From positions 1 to 30,614 of the IMG/VR virus record IMGVR_UViG_2724679239_000009: a DNA stretch of 30,614 bases; one strand, given 5' to 3'. Positions within the stretch are counted from its first letter, which is position 1; each line of letters begins with the position of its first letter. A program made the position numbers and the translations under genes. Shown piece by piece: positions 1-9,760 of this stretch. Under the pieces are notes generated by a model. It was not told the DNA's origin, did no database searches, and was given only the letters and a program-made list of their open reading frames with translations. The DNA is from a virus (lineage: Duplodnaviria; Heunggongvirae; Uroviricota; Caudoviricetes).

Positions 1-228
1 CCTGGCGCTGGCTCCTTTACCGTTCATCTCAAATCCCGTCCCCTGAATGGGATAGGCCTGATACTGCCGCCCCTGCCAGATGACCGGTTCGCCTTTTTCG
101 TTCTGCTCATTACAGAAAAAATAACGCTCTCCGCCGACTTCTGTCAGATCGACTTCCCAGAGCACGACCAGCGCGGATTGCTCCGCTTTTGTACACTCAT
201 TCAGTGTTTCCTGCTGTATATCCTGCAT
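1..228 (-). CDS. L: Minor tail protein L, N-terminal part only; the gene continues past the window start
   Basis: Minus-strand translation from ATG at 228 reads MQDIQQETLNECTKAEQSALVVLWEVDLTEVGGERYFFCNEQNEKGEPVIWQGRQYQAYPIQG, near-identical to my recollection of the lambda gpL N-terminus. Start overlaps the gpM stop (ATGA). Confidence 0.85.
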   Translation of the reverse strand, partial: MQDIQQETLNECTKAEQSALVVLWEVDLTEVGGERYFFCNEQNEKGEPVIWQGRQYQAYPIQGTGFEMNGKGASAR

Positions 229-569
229 CAGTGAGTGACCTCTTCAAAGGTACAGTTAAAATCGGTATACATGGCATTATCCGAAATACTCCACTCCCTG
301 CAGACAACCCGGACGGTTCTGTTGTGTTTTGGCGGACGCCACAAAAAAGCACGTATCCCGGCATGACGGGATAAAAAACTGTCCAGCGCAGCACGGGAAT
401 ATTCATCTGTGACACGAAACACCGGTTTAAACGTTTTCAGATCCGCATTCAGACCACCAGCCCGTCGCTGTTCATATCCGTCACCGAACTTTACCGTAAT
501 AACAGATGGCTTTCGTGTCGTCTCCATCCCCTCGCGGGGGATCCAGTTAAAAACTTCAGACTCAGGCAC
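228..569 (-). CDS. M: Minor tail protein M
   Basis: Contains the VKFGDGYEQRRAGGLNADLKT...FLWRPP motif of lambda gpM. A GTG at 569 sits 8 nt after a GGAGGA Shine-Dalgarno, which fits better than the longer ATG ORF (228..614) overlapping the tape measure gene. Confidence 0.8.
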   Translation of the reverse strand: MPESEVFNWIPREGMETTRKPSVITVKFGDGYEQRRAGGLNADLKTFKPVFRVTDEYSRAALDSFLSRHAGIRAFLWRPPKHNRTVRVVCREWSISDNAMYTDFNCTFEEVTH

Positions 570-3500
570 TGCATAATCCTCCGTCCCGACGTGATGACTG
601 CATAATTGACACAACCCTGCTGTCGATCAGATCCACCAGCCCCCTGGCTGACTGCGTATCTGTCTCGCCATTGCTCCCTTGATTCTGAATGCTGATGTGA
701 TACACGGGAGAATAAACAAATCCACCGCCACCATTCACATTGCCAATGGCTCTGACTCCAAGAGAGCCGTCCGCTGCCCGAGTCAGTGGCATGATAGCTT
801 CAGGCCCGGCCTCGCCCATCAGCCCGGCACCTTTCGCAAAAGCAAAATACGTCGGTGTATCCACAATGGTGTTACTGTAAGCACTCAGATTTGCCGGTGT
901 GTAAACACCACCTTTTGCGTTTGCCACTGCACCGGAAAGCCAGTCGCCGACCGTACCAAGCCATCCTCCGGCACCGGACATGCTTTTGGAAAGTGACTTC
1001 AGCCCGTTAACGATGGCAGCGTTCATCAGAATTTTTGAAACTTCCTGGAGAATTGAACTCCCCCAGTTTCTCCAGTCCACAACATTCCCGGCCAGTGCAT
1101 CGGAAATATTTGATACCAGCCCGTCCATGGTGGAAACGACAGCATCTGCCGCCAGTGAAGCATAATCGGTGGCGCTGTCTGCCCAGTTGGTCAGTCCCTC
1201 CTGGAGTCCGGCATTCCAGTTATTACGTAAAGCATCGGCCTTTGCATAATAATCCTGCTGATCGCTGAGACGCTCTTCCAGATATTTTTTATTCAGTTCT
1301 TTCTCCTGTTTCCACAGGGCTTCTTCAATTTCTCCGGTCTGATACTGTCTCAGGAGTTCGTTATTTTTCTGCTCAAATGCCTGCCGGATACTCCACATTT
1401 CCCGGAGTCGTTCACGCATCCGTGAGCCTTCACCATATCCCAGCAACTGCGCATCGTCAGATGCCCGGACACTGGCATTACTGTCCGCCAGGCTGCTTTC
1501 ATAAGCAGCAAGCTGCTCACGAATCTTTTTCTGGTCAATGAGTGCCGCATTCTGTAAAAGCGTTTTTTTCTGCGCTTCTGACAGAGTTGATAATTCGCCC
1601 TGACTGATCTGATACTTCATCCTGGCCAGTTCAGTATTCTGCCCTGCCAGTGCTATTTGTTCTTTTTGCTGTTTAATCAGCCGTTTATAAATATCTTCTG
1701 TTTTTTCCGCTTCGGTCTTTTTATGTGTTTTAGGTTTATTTGCCTGGTTATTTCGCCAGGCATCCAGTGAGTTATTGATATAATTCTGTCTGGCTGCCTG
1801 ATACGCCTCTCCCACAAAGCCGAGATCATCCGCAGCATAACCCAGGCGGGCACGCTCACGGGCTTCCCCCTTCAGGCGGGACAGAGCCAGTTCACGCTCG
1901 CTATTATTCAGCGCAGTCTGCTGTTTATCATCCAGAATGGCCTGTGGCAGCCGTAATGGTACATTCACCAGCCCCTGACGCTGCTGAAGTAACTCATTAC
2001 CAAGCCCAAGAAGACGATTAAACTCGGTATGCTGCCCATTCATGATCAACAGGGACTGATACGCTTTGTTTTGTTCTGCCGCCTGTTGACGGATTAACGC
2101 CACCCGTCGCTCCTCCAGCCCGGCAAGCACATCCTGAATGGATTGCGCTTTGCCCTGCATTTGTGTGAGACGGGACTGTTCAACTGCCAGTTGATTTGTT
2201 GCTTCTGCAAGCCCTTCTGTGACAGTTTTTACCGACGTCATGTGGTTAATCATAAAACCGTTATCGGTTGTCCAGCCCGGGTTTGCCAGCACATACTGAT
2301 AGCCAGCAATTTTTTCCTGTAAGGATTTGATCTTACTTTTCTGCTCGTCAATTAACCTGTTTTGCTCATCAAGTGCCTGCCGCGTCTTTTCTTCATTATC
2401 TGACGTTTCAGGAAGCGACATTGCCGACGTTTTCTGGCGAATTTCGTCGATTGTTGCGGCATACTGGCGTGCAGATTCTCTGGCCTGCTCCTGATTCTGA
2501 TACATCGTGTACCAGGCCGCAGCCCCCAGCATGACAAGCCCCGGCACACCACCAACCAGCCCCAGTGCCCCACTTAACAGACGACTCCCCACTGACGTGA
2601 CAGTATTCAGCGTTGTCTGTGCCGCTGTTCTGGCCGCAATATTACGGGTAAGTGACGCCTGGGCAGCTGTCAGCTTCGCTTCTGCTGCGGCCTGCCTTTC
2701 GGTACCGCGAGCAGCAACAACCGCCTGTTGCGCACGATAAACCGCCGCACGCGCCCTGGCGGTTGCTATCTGTGTCCCCCGAAGTTGCGCTTCAGCAAGA
2801 GCCACTTCGTTTCTGGCTGCAGTAATTAATCCGGCAGTTGCAGATCCAGCAGAAGACGCCATATTGCCAAAATATCGGGCTACCCCGACGGCAACCAGAG
2901 CACCGGCAGCGGTTGCCACGGTGTCAATATTGCCTGCAATACCATTCAGCACACCAGAGAGCGTCTTCGTCACTCCGCTTGCCTCGTTCGCACCACCAAC
3001 CCAGGCCATAAAGGCGTTTTCAACTTTGGTTGCAGAGGATGAAACCGTATCAGGCATTGCTGCATATTCATCACGCAACGCCCCAAGCTGACTAATCAGT
3101 GCAGGAACAACCTTATCGGCGGTCAGTTTTCCGTTATCCGCCATGGCCTTCAGATCCTTACGGGCAACGCCCATTCCCGCAGCCAGCGCACGAATAACAC
3201 GATCACCGCTCTCATTCACGGCGTTAAATTCTTCACCGCGCAGCACTCCCTGCGCCAGTGCCTGGCTGAACTGCGTGATCACCGAACTGGCTTCTGCTGT
3301 ACTGGCACCGGATAATTTCAGGCCCGTGGAGATCGCCTCGGTGACGTTCAGTACCTCCTCAGAACTGTAGCCATACTCCCGCATGGAAGCTGCAGAGCGG
3401 GCAAAAAGGCTGGCGTTATCAGAAAACGCCGTTCCCGTTCTCTGGCTGATTGCCATTAATTCACGTTGTGATACCTGAAAATCATCACTGGACTGTGAGG

Positions 3501-3807
3501 CCTGCTTCAGACGGGCATTTACTGAACTCCATTCATCCGCAAGAGATATTAGATGTCCAGTGGCAAAAGCACCGACAAATGCCCCCGCCATATTCAGTGC
3601 CGAAGACTTCGCCGTATTTATCTGATCCGTCACTTCTGCCAGTGCACGCCGCATTTCACGGGAGGCAGCAGCAGACTGTTGGCCTCCGTTCTGCATGGTG
3701 CGGTAGTAATCCTGCCCCATACGCGAAGCCCGGGAGATCTCTGACTGGAATGACCGGGAATTTGCCGAGATTTTAATAATCAGTTCACGTAATGTCGCCA
3801 CACTCAT
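562..3807 (-). CDS. Tail tape measure protein (1081 aa)
   Basis: Very long Ala/Gln-rich coiled-coil ORF sitting between the G/T chaperone and gpM, the canonical tape measure position. GGAGA RBS before the ATG. Confidence 0.9.
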   Translation of the reverse strand: MSVATLRELIIKISANSRSFQSEISRASRMGQDYYRTMQNGGQQSAAASREMRRALAEVTDQINTAKSSALNMAGAFVGAFATGHLISLADEWSSVNARLKQASQSSDDFQVSQRELMAISQRTGTAFSDNASLFARSAASMREYGYSSEEVLNVTEAISTGLKLSGASTAEASSVITQFSQALAQGVLRGEEFNAVNESGDRVIRALAAGMGVARKDLKAMADNGKLTADKVVPALISQLGALRDEYAAMPDTVSSSATKVENAFMAWVGGANEASGVTKTLSGVLNGIAGNIDTVATAAGALVAVGVARYFGNMASSAGSATAGLITAARNEVALAEAQLRGTQIATARARAAVYRAQQAVVAARGTERQAAAEAKLTAAQASLTRNIAARTAAQTTLNTVTSVGSRLLSGALGLVGGVPGLVMLGAAAWYTMYQNQEQARESARQYAATIDEIRQKTSAMSLPETSDNEEKTRQALDEQNRLIDEQKSKIKSLQEKIAGYQYVLANPGWTTDNGFMINHMTSVKTVTEGLAEATNQLAVEQSRLTQMQGKAQSIQDVLAGLEERRVALIRQQAAEQNKAYQSLLIMNGQHTEFNRLLGLGNELLQQRQGLVNVPLRLPQAILDDKQQTALNNSERELALSRLKGEARERARLGYAADDLGFVGEAYQAARQNYINNSLDAWRNNQANKPKTHKKTEAEKTEDIYKRLIKQQKEQIALAGQNTELARMKYQISQGELSTLSEAQKKTLLQNAALIDQKKIREQLAAYESSLADSNASVRASDDAQLLGYGEGSRMRERLREMWSIRQAFEQKNNELLRQYQTGEIEEALWKQEKELNKKYLEERLSDQQDYYAKADALRNNWNAGLQEGLTNWADSATDYASLAADAVVSTMDGLVSNISDALAGNVVDWRNWGSSILQEVSKILMNAAIVNGLKSLSKSMSGAGGWLGTVGDWLSGAVANAKGGVYTPANLSAYSNTIVDTPTYFAFAKGAGLMGEAGPEAIMPLTRAADGSLGVRAIGNVNGGGGFVYSPVYHISIQNQGSNGETDTQSARGLVDLIDSRVVSIMQSSRRDGGLCSA

Positions 3808-3823
3808 TCTCCGGACGAAAAAA

Positions 3824-3839
3824 AACCGCCGAAGCGGTT
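3824..3839 (-). terminator. Terminator-like hairpin just upstream of the tape measure start
   Basis: aaccgc-cgaa-gcggtt hairpin followed on the minus strand by T8 and then the GGAGA RBS and ATG. Confidence 0.5.
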
Positions 3840-3847
3840 ATGTTGAC

Positions 3848-4536
3848 TCACTGAGACACTATTAAAAGCGCGTTTTCCAGTCCGGCAAATGGATCTGATA
3901 CGCCTTCTGTCTGCTCCTTCTCCCACTGAAGAAGCGCATCATTCAGTGGCACTTTGACCCCCTGCGCACCGTAAACAGCTGAAACAATCTGGGCAGCCCG
4001 GATATCAGCCCGTTCGTCCCCCAGCGGGCTGAACCTGTCAAATTCTGCCCACATCATGATTTCTGATGCGGACATTTCCCGGCGTAACTCTGACAATGTG
4101 CGCCCCATCCTGAGCGCCAGCATCATCAGAAAACGCATCCCCGGAAGCGCTACTTTTTTTTAACCTCGCCGGCATCACTGATCAGTTCCAGAGACTGCCG
4201 AAGAAGCCGCGCATGCACCGGACCATACACGGCAATCACCTGTTCACGATCATCCTCTGAAAATACAGGTTGCAGTCCGGTATCACACAGAACATCAATG
4301 AACAGTTCAACATCTGCCTCCAGATTTCGGCGGGCGCGCTCCGCAACGGATAACGGTGTCTCATCATCTTTTGCTTTAACGATCTCCTGCCAGCGCAACC
4401 AGGCTTCTGCAGAAGGTTCCCGTAATACAACCGTTGCCCCTTCCCATTCAGGCACATCAACAGTTTTATGGCGAAACCCCGACATCGTTGCCAGTGCCAG
4501 ATTACGGATATTTTTAGTCATCACATCTATCCTCAT
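3848..4536 (-). CDS. Tail assembly chaperone G-T-like fusion made by programmed -1 frameshift (T part 3848..4138)
   Basis: The G ORF ends ...GAG GTT AAA AAA AAG TAG; the slippery A_AAA_AAG is at about 4152-4158. The -1 frame is open from there into the 96-aa ORF with a gpT-like motif (EIMMWAEFDRFSPLG). Position between major tail and tape measure. Confidence 0.75.
4150..4536 (-). CDS. Tail assembly chaperone (gpG-like), zero-frame product
   Basis: 128-aa acidic ORF directly after the major tail gene, ending in the slippery run. Its start overlaps the major tail stop. Confidence 0.75.
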   Translation of the reverse strand: MRIDVMTKNIRNLALATMSGFRHKTVDVPEWEGATVVLREPSAEAWLRWQEIVKAKDDETPLSVAERARRNLEADVELFIDVLCDTGLQPVFSEDDREQVIAVYGPVHARLLRQSLELISDAGEVKKK

Positions 4537-5240
4537 TAACTGACGGTAACAGTGCAGGAAGTGGAGGTCACCTTGTTAACAGGGCTTGCTGAATCAGAAA
4601 TCTCGCAGGTATACGCACCGGCATCACCGGATGCTGCTGATGCCTTACTAAACGTTGCCGCCGTCTGTCCGGAAACAGGAGAACTACCTTTCTTCCAGAC
4701 ATAAGAATAAGGCGGCACACCACCGGCAGCCTCAACCACCATTTCGAGTTTCGCTCCGGCAGAAACCTGCAGCGTGCTGTTTAAATCGACCTTCACTTTC
4801 AGCGGCTCTGTCGTCAGCACAGGTTTACCTTTCAGGCGCAGGGAAAACGTTGCAGCCACAACACCATTGGTTCCTGCAGACCAGGTATGCTGACGCACCT
4901 CTGCCATAAAGGTAAATCCGTTGCCTGACGGAAAAATAACTTTAAAGCCATACGTGGTGTCATTGTCATAGGCACTGCGCAACGCATTCTGGGCAGCATT
5001 GAGGTAAAAGTTGCCTGACATGGAAATCTCTGACGCGGCACCAAGACCGTTAATATTTTCCTGCTCAACAGAACACAGCGTGGTGACATCAATATCCTGC
5101 TTTTGTCCTGCGGTAAACTGCACCTCTTTGATTGTACAGCTCAGGCCAAGATAGCTGGCAGAATCCAGGGTTTCTGCTGTTACCGGTGCAGACGAAATCA
5201 TAATTTTCGTCAGTTGCGAACGCTCAAAATTAGAGGACAT
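4536..5240 (-). CDS. Major tail protein with C-terminal Ig-like domain
   Basis: 234-aa ORF upstream of the G/T chaperones with AGGAGA RBS. The C-terminal segment is Ig-like (PPYSYVWKKG...AGAYTCEISD). Confidence 0.8.
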   Translation of the reverse strand: MSSNFERSQLTKIMISSAPVTAETLDSASYLGLSCTIKEVQFTAGQKQDIDVTTLCSVEQENINGLGAASEISMSGNFYLNAAQNALRSAYDNDTTYGFKVIFPSGNGFTFMAEVRQHTWSAGTNGVVAATFSLRLKGKPVLTTEPLKVKVDLNSTLQVSAGAKLEMVVEAAGGVPPYSYVWKKGSSPVSGQTAATFSKASAASGDAGAYTCEISDSASPVNKVTSTSCTVTVS

Positions 5241-5264
5241 ACTCGTCTCCTGAAAATAAAAAAA

Positions 5265-5279
5265 CCCGCCAGCGGCGGG
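5265..5279 (-). terminator. Terminator-like hairpin just upstream of the major tail gene
   Basis: cccgcc-agc-ggcggg followed on the minus strand by T7, about 20 nt before the major tail RBS. Confidence 0.5.
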
Positions 5280-5299
5280 TGGTTAAATCATTAACGACC

Positions 5300-5644
5300 T
5301 CAGGCTATTACCTGAAATTCAAGCGTGGCTCTGCTCAGACGGGAATCAGGATCATAACCCTGAGTTTTAGAAATAACGGAGGGTGCAAGTTGCCTTACCG
5401 CATCAAGCGCCTGCTCACGGATATCATCTGCGTCATCAGGTACTGTTGCCCAGACATCGATCTGCACGGTAATTCTGGATTCAGCCTGACCATCAAGCAC
5501 ATCAGACGCAGTGTCAGACACCACAGAAAATACCAGCCATGGTGGAGATACCGCAGGCTTTCCCTCCGTCAGCGGGACCACATAAGGATAAACCTGTCCT
5601 CCGGCCAGTTGAGACAGCAGGGAATACAGTGTGGTCTCTCTCAT
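5300..5644 (-). CDS. Putative tail completion or tail terminator protein
   Basis: 114-aa ORF between the HK97 gp10-like gene and the major tail gene. Assigned by position and size only. Confidence 0.55.
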   Translation of the reverse strand: MRETTLYSLLSQLAGGQVYPYVVPLTEGKPAVSPPWLVFSVVSDTASDVLDGQAESRITVQIDVWATVPDDADDIREQALDAVRQLAPSVISKTQGYDPDSRLSRATLEFQVIA

Positions 5645-6090
5645 TTACTTAAGACCTCATCAATAGCCTGATTCATTCGCTGTATGGCAACCTGCGCCGC
5701 CAGTTCTTCTGTCGTATCAAACGCCGGACGAATGAACGGGTGAGCAGGCATGTTTACCGTTCCCAGCTCGACAAAGCGCCAGTAAAACGCATTTCGGGGA
5801 TCGCTGACTTTCATGCTGTTATCACTGTTTCCGGTTCGCAGATTTCGTCCGCGAATGTGAACACCCGAGATAATTTCCCCCCGACGTTTTGATCGCTGAG
5901 TCAGAACAACCACATTTTTCTTCAGTTTTCCGGTTCGCTCCGGCGCTCGTTCAACAACCGCATCCCGCATAGCTTCAGCACCGGCACGGGTGGCATCGCG
6001 CAGTACCTTATTGTTTTCTGCCCTGCTGAGCGTCTCCAGATCCCGTGCAATATCCGCCAGGCCGGAAAAATCAAGACTGAAATCCATCAC
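5641..6090 (-). CDS. HK97 gp10-family tail component
   Basis: 149-aa ORF with RGRNLRTGNSDN...NAFYWRFVELGT...HPFIRPA signature I associate with the HK97 gp10 family. Overlaps both neighbours by 4 nt. Confidence 0.7.
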   Translation of the reverse strand: MMDFSLDFSGLADIARDLETLSRAENNKVLRDATRAGAEAMRDAVVERAPERTGKLKKNVVVLTQRSKRRGEIISGVHIRGRNLRTGNSDNSMKVSDPRNAFYWRFVELGTVNMPAHPFIRPAFDTTEELAAQVAIQRMNQAIDEVLSK

Positions 6091-6425
6091 ACATTCCCCT
6101 TCAGGCTGCAGAGTATTTCAAGCCGGGTAGCGCGTGCATCCGGTATTGGTGGACCTTCTATACCCAGAATGGCCCCTTTAAATGCACCGGTCAGCACTTT
6201 CAGACGTGAAGTCGCTGTCACATCGCGCCGGAATCTCATCCAGACTCTGACCGTAGCCTGAGCGGTTTCTGCTCCGCCTGAGATTATCTCCCTCCCGCTG
6301 ATACCCTTAACTTCTGCCCATACGGTAGCTCCCTCCGTCACCGTCTCCACCGGATGCCCTGACGGAGAGCGGGCGGTGGTGACATTCAGAATAATTACGC
6401 GATCACGTAATCTGCCCGCCTGCAT
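6087..6425 (-). CDS. Head-tail adaptor (head closure) protein
   Basis: 112-aa ORF in the canonical position with a typical head-tail joining profile. Confidence 0.65.
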   Translation of the reverse strand: MQAGRLRDRVIILNVTTARSPSGHPVETVTEGATVWAEVKGISGREIISGGAETAQATVRVWMRFRRDVTATSRLKVLTGAFKGAILGIEGPPIPDARATRLEILCSLKGNV

Positions 6426-6433
6426 GCCTCCTC

Positions 6434-6751
6434 CTACAAAGGAATAAAACGATAAGGCTCCAGCAGAGAAGAAAAACCAAACGGGACTGGTGCCTTGCTG
6501 ACATCTGAGGAATTTTCCCGGTTTTCGTACCAGTGCCCGACCAGCAACATGAGCGCCAACAAAACATCATCAGCTATAAGCACCCCTTCAGGATCACCTT
6601 CCGGCACCGTCTCCTCATAAAGCTTACGGTTGATAAAATTTTCTGCCTTGCGGCAGGCAGCCCGGAAATACAGCATCAGTAACTCATCATCAGTTGCATC
6701 ATCTGTATCAATACGGCACTGCGCCCTGAGTTTTTCCACTATTGCTGCCAT
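6434..6751 (-). CDS. Head-tail connector protein (gp6-like)
   Basis: Start moved to ATG at 6751 (MAAIVEKLRAQ...), which has an AGGAG RBS and lies after the post-capsid hairpin. The longer listed ORF (to 6931) would overlap the capsid gene. Confidence 0.65.
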   Translation of the reverse strand: MAAIVEKLRAQCRIDTDDATDDELLMLYFRAACRKAENFINRKLYEETVPEGDPEGVLIADDVLLALMLLVGHWYENRENSSDVSKAPVPFGFSSLLEPYRFIPL

Positions 6752-6790
6752 CAGAAACTCCTGCCCGCAACACTGTGCGGGCATAAAAAA

Positions 6791-6806
6791 ACCGCGTCGG
6801 CGCGGT
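6791..6806 (-). terminator. Hairpin with T-run immediately after the major capsid gene
   Basis: accgcg-tcgg-cgcggt followed on the minus strand by T7, between the capsid stop (6828) and connector start (6751). Confidence 0.55.
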
Positions 6807-6827
6807 CTGTAACTGAACAACGAGTGG

Positions 6828-8045
6828 TTATTTGCCAGTGAGCGCCTTGATGGCTGCCACATCTTCCAGCACACAGTCAAAACGATGGAAAGCCAGAAAT
6901 GCCACCTGATCAAACTCAGCATAACGCTCAACCAGACGTTTCAGTTCCATATAAGTAACGCGGCGAATGATAAAGCGGTTGAAATCCCCCAGGAAAATGA
7001 ATTTTTTTCCGGTACCAATCCCGTCAATAGCCTGATCAATAACATAAGGGATCCCCAGCACAGTAGCCGGCGTACCGCCTGCAATATCCGGCAGCCATAA
7101 CGGGCGTTTCTGTCCATCCTCCATCTCTTCAATAGTCTGCAATGTGGCATCATTGAATGCCCAGCGGTATTTCGGCCCACCACGATATGCCGGATCAATG
7201 GCATGTTTCAGGGCATTCATTTCTTTCCAGGTGAAAGCGGCAGAGGCTGCAGTCTGGATGGTTCCCGTCACCGACGCTGCCAGCCCTTTTGGCTGTAACG
7301 GTGATCCCGTTCCGGTCCCCTGAACCAGATATTTTGCCTCTCCACGACCAATACGCTGGGCAATACGGTTTGCCAGATAAGATTCAATATCCACCCCACT
7401 ATCCTGGAGCAGCTCATTGGACACACGAATTATTTTTGATGACAGCTTTTTAGCCCCCAGAATAGCGGTCCCGAACGTCACATCTTGTTCCGTTGCGGCT
7501 GTATTTTCCGCCAGCAGTTCGCCCTCTTCAGTCGTGCCATCAGACGTTGACCAGGTGATATCCTGCCCGGTTGATGTGGTCAGAAGTTGCGCCACACTGG
7601 CAATCCCGCCATAAGCCTTCATGGTGTCAATGATTTTGTTACGCATCTGCGTGGGCACCGTATATCCGCCCTGAGAATCCGTTGTTACACTCTGAGCCCG
7701 CAGTTCACACATCAGATTACGCTCTTCAGCATTCAGTTCTGCAAATCCGGCACGCAGAAAACGGTTAAATGCCGCAGCGCGCTTCTCTTCCACCGCCTTT
7801 TTCCCGTTCTCCGCCTCATTATTCTGGCGCTCTTCCGGCCCGGACTCATCCACATATGCCTGATCCTGACGGCGCAACTCTTCTTCACGGGCGATTTGCT
7901 CATCCAGCGCATCCAGCTCAGCTTTCGCCCTGTTCCACTCTGCCCGTTGCTCATCAGTCCATGCGTTATCACCAATTTTTTCATGCAGTGCACGCATATC
8001 CTTTGCAATGGTGTTTCGTTTTTGCTTCATCTCATGAAGTTTCAT
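6828..8045 (-). CDS. Major capsid protein, HK97 fold, with N-terminal delta (scaffold) domain
   Basis: 405 aa. N-terminal about 110 aa is charged coiled-coil, followed by a capsid body. Follows the prohead protease. Confidence 0.9.
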   Translation of the reverse strand: MKLHEMKQKRNTIAKDMRALHEKIGDNAWTDEQRAEWNRAKAELDALDEQIAREEELRRQDQAYVDESGPEERQNNEAENGKKAVEEKRAAAFNRFLRAGFAELNAEERNLMCELRAQSVTTDSQGGYTVPTQMRNKIIDTMKAYGGIASVAQLLTTSTGQDITWSTSDGTTEEGELLAENTAATEQDVTFGTAILGAKKLSSKIIRVSNELLQDSGVDIESYLANRIAQRIGRGEAKYLVQGTGTGSPLQPKGLAASVTGTIQTAASAAFTWKEMNALKHAIDPAYRGGPKYRWAFNDATLQTIEEMEDGQKRPLWLPDIAGGTPATVLGIPYVIDQAIDGIGTGKKFIFLGDFNRFIIRRVTYMELKRLVERYAEFDQVAFLAFHRFDCVLEDVAAIKALTGK

Positions 8046-8059
8046 CGTCAGTAGTATCC

Positions 8060-8659
8060 TTATGCATTAAGAAGGGTCAAAAGACGCTCACGCGCCATTC
8101 GTTCGTTAACAGCTTTCTTCAGCGCACCACTCGCCCGCGCTTCCTGCCAGGCTTTCATTGAGCGGACACCAGAGTCTGCGTCCTGATAGGCCGGATATGT
8201 CACCGGGCTGACGTCATACAGACGAGAAATGCGCGTGATTTCCCGGATAACAATCCCCTCGTCGTCTTCATACCAGCTCTCTCCATCACGGGCGACGCGA
8301 AACGCGAACGAGGACTGATTAATGTCACCACGCAACATTGGTGACAGCACCAGGTCACAAATCGTCGGCGTATCCGGTGCAACAATGTCATAACGCAAAC
8401 CACGTTCATCCACTGATAATGACAACGTGCCGGCAGAACTTCGTCCGAGAATGAAATTAGGATCATGATTAAACAAGCCACGTACATCATCATTCAGCAC
8501 GTCGTCAAAAGCCCCCGGCTTGATGATTTCACGAAATCCCCACAGAGGTTCTGAACGACTGTTAAATACCGAGCCATACCCCAAAATATGAGTCGGGGCA
8601 TTATCATATTGTTCTGCCCGCACTTCCCCGCAGTAACAGCGCGTTTCACGGTCATTCAT
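8060..8659 (-). CDS. Prohead maturation protease (HK97 gp4 / S78 family)
   Basis: Start placed at MNDRETR (8659), just after the portal stop. Sits between portal and capsid genes. Confidence 0.85.
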   Translation of the reverse strand: MNDRETRCYCGEVRAEQYDNAPTHILGYGSVFNSRSEPLWGFREIIKPGAFDDVLNDDVRGLFNHDPNFILGRSSAGTLSLSVDERGLRYDIVAPDTPTICDLVLSPMLRGDINQSSFAFRVARDGESWYEDDEGIVIREITRISRLYDVSPVTYPAYQDADSGVRSMKAWQEARASGALKKAVNERMARERLLTLLNA

Positions 8660-9749
8660 CGTTCTTTTCCTCTTTGCCTTTCGTATCTTTAAAATCATTC
8701 AACGGATTTGCTGCATTTACGCTGACCAGCATTTCATCCAGACCATCAACCGGGTTCATGTCCTCAAATGCCCTGGCTTCATTCCGGCTCATCCAGCCAT
8801 CTGTAATGGCAAAGTGATAAAACTGCGCACGCTCCTGTGGAGTCCCGCGGAGCAATCCTGTAAGGTTGAAACGAACGTAATACCCGGCAGCCCGTTCTGT
8901 GCGGGTAAACAGGCGACGGTTAAGCTCCTGCTCCCAGTTCGCAACCCAGGGCATCATCGTGTAGCGAACAAACTGAATCGCCTGCTGTGTAATATTCGAA
9001 AATGTGGCTTTTTCCAGGTCATTAATCATGTGCGCCGGGACATTAAAAATTCCGGCAATCATCGACCGGTTCAGCTTGGTCATATCAATGATCTGAGCAT
9101 CCACCGGAGAAACTGTCAGGGCACGGTAATCCAGTTGCGCAGGCAGCAGCATGGTTTTATTTTCCTGACTGCGAAGCGCTGTCACCGCCCGCTGCCACAT
9201 ATTCTTGAGCCTGCTCCAACTCTGTTCGTTCAGTTCATTTTTCACAGAGATAATCCCGGCAGGACGGGCATTACCGTTAAAAAAAGCACTGGTATACTGC
9301 TGACCACTCATTCCCATACCAATGGTTTCAGCATGCTGCATGATCGGACTCAGTCCCATTTTCTGATTGTTTCCCAGCGCCCTGATATGGATCATATCGT
9401 CCGGACTTACCGCAAATGCCCCCTCTTCGTTATACACCCCGTAGGTATGACGCCCACCAGTATTAAGTAACGTGGTTTCCCATGGCATACAGCATTCAAG
9501 ACTGGTAACCTCGCCACGACGATTACGTTTTACCCACGTATAACCATTGCCCCACCCCAGCACATGACGCTGCTTCAGTTCCCGCCACTTATAGCTGGTC
9601 TGCCAGGCATTAGGTTCATCATGAACGAGCCAGAACAACGGATGATCGCGTGCCGGCTGAACATGCTCATTCGTTTTTCGCATCACATGCAGGGGCATCT
9701 GAGCCACACTGGATGAAATAACATAAATACAGGCATAGACAGCAGCCAG
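8652..9749 (-). pseudogene. Portal protein, C-terminal 365 codons, cut off from its start by IS2
   Basis: The portal reading frame runs straight out of the IS2 terminal repeat. The listed ORF start at 9776 lies inside IS2 and is an artefact. Confidence 0.85.
9745..9749. repeat. IS2 target-site duplication GCCAG (left copy)
   Basis: The 5 bp immediately flanking both IS2 ends are identical (GCCAG at 9745-9749 and 11081-11085). Confidence 0.85.
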
Positions 9750-9760
9750 TGGATTTGCCC

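Noticed and set aside
197-415. Listed ORFs 189..374 (+) and 197..415 (-) at the left edge
   Set aside because: They overlap the well-supported gpL and gpM frames, which match lambda proteins; treated as frame artefacts.
679-3776. Multiple plus-strand ORFs (60-108 aa) inside the tape measure gene
   Set aside because: Antisense to a long, clearly coding minus-strand gene, with biased Ala/Pro/Ser/Thr composition typical of reverse-frame artefacts in GC-rich sequence.
6828-6931. N-terminal extension of the connector ORF (6434..6931) overlapping the capsid gene
   Set aside because: Would overlap the capsid gene by 100 nt. The internal ATG at 6751 has a proper RBS and follows the post-capsid hairpin.
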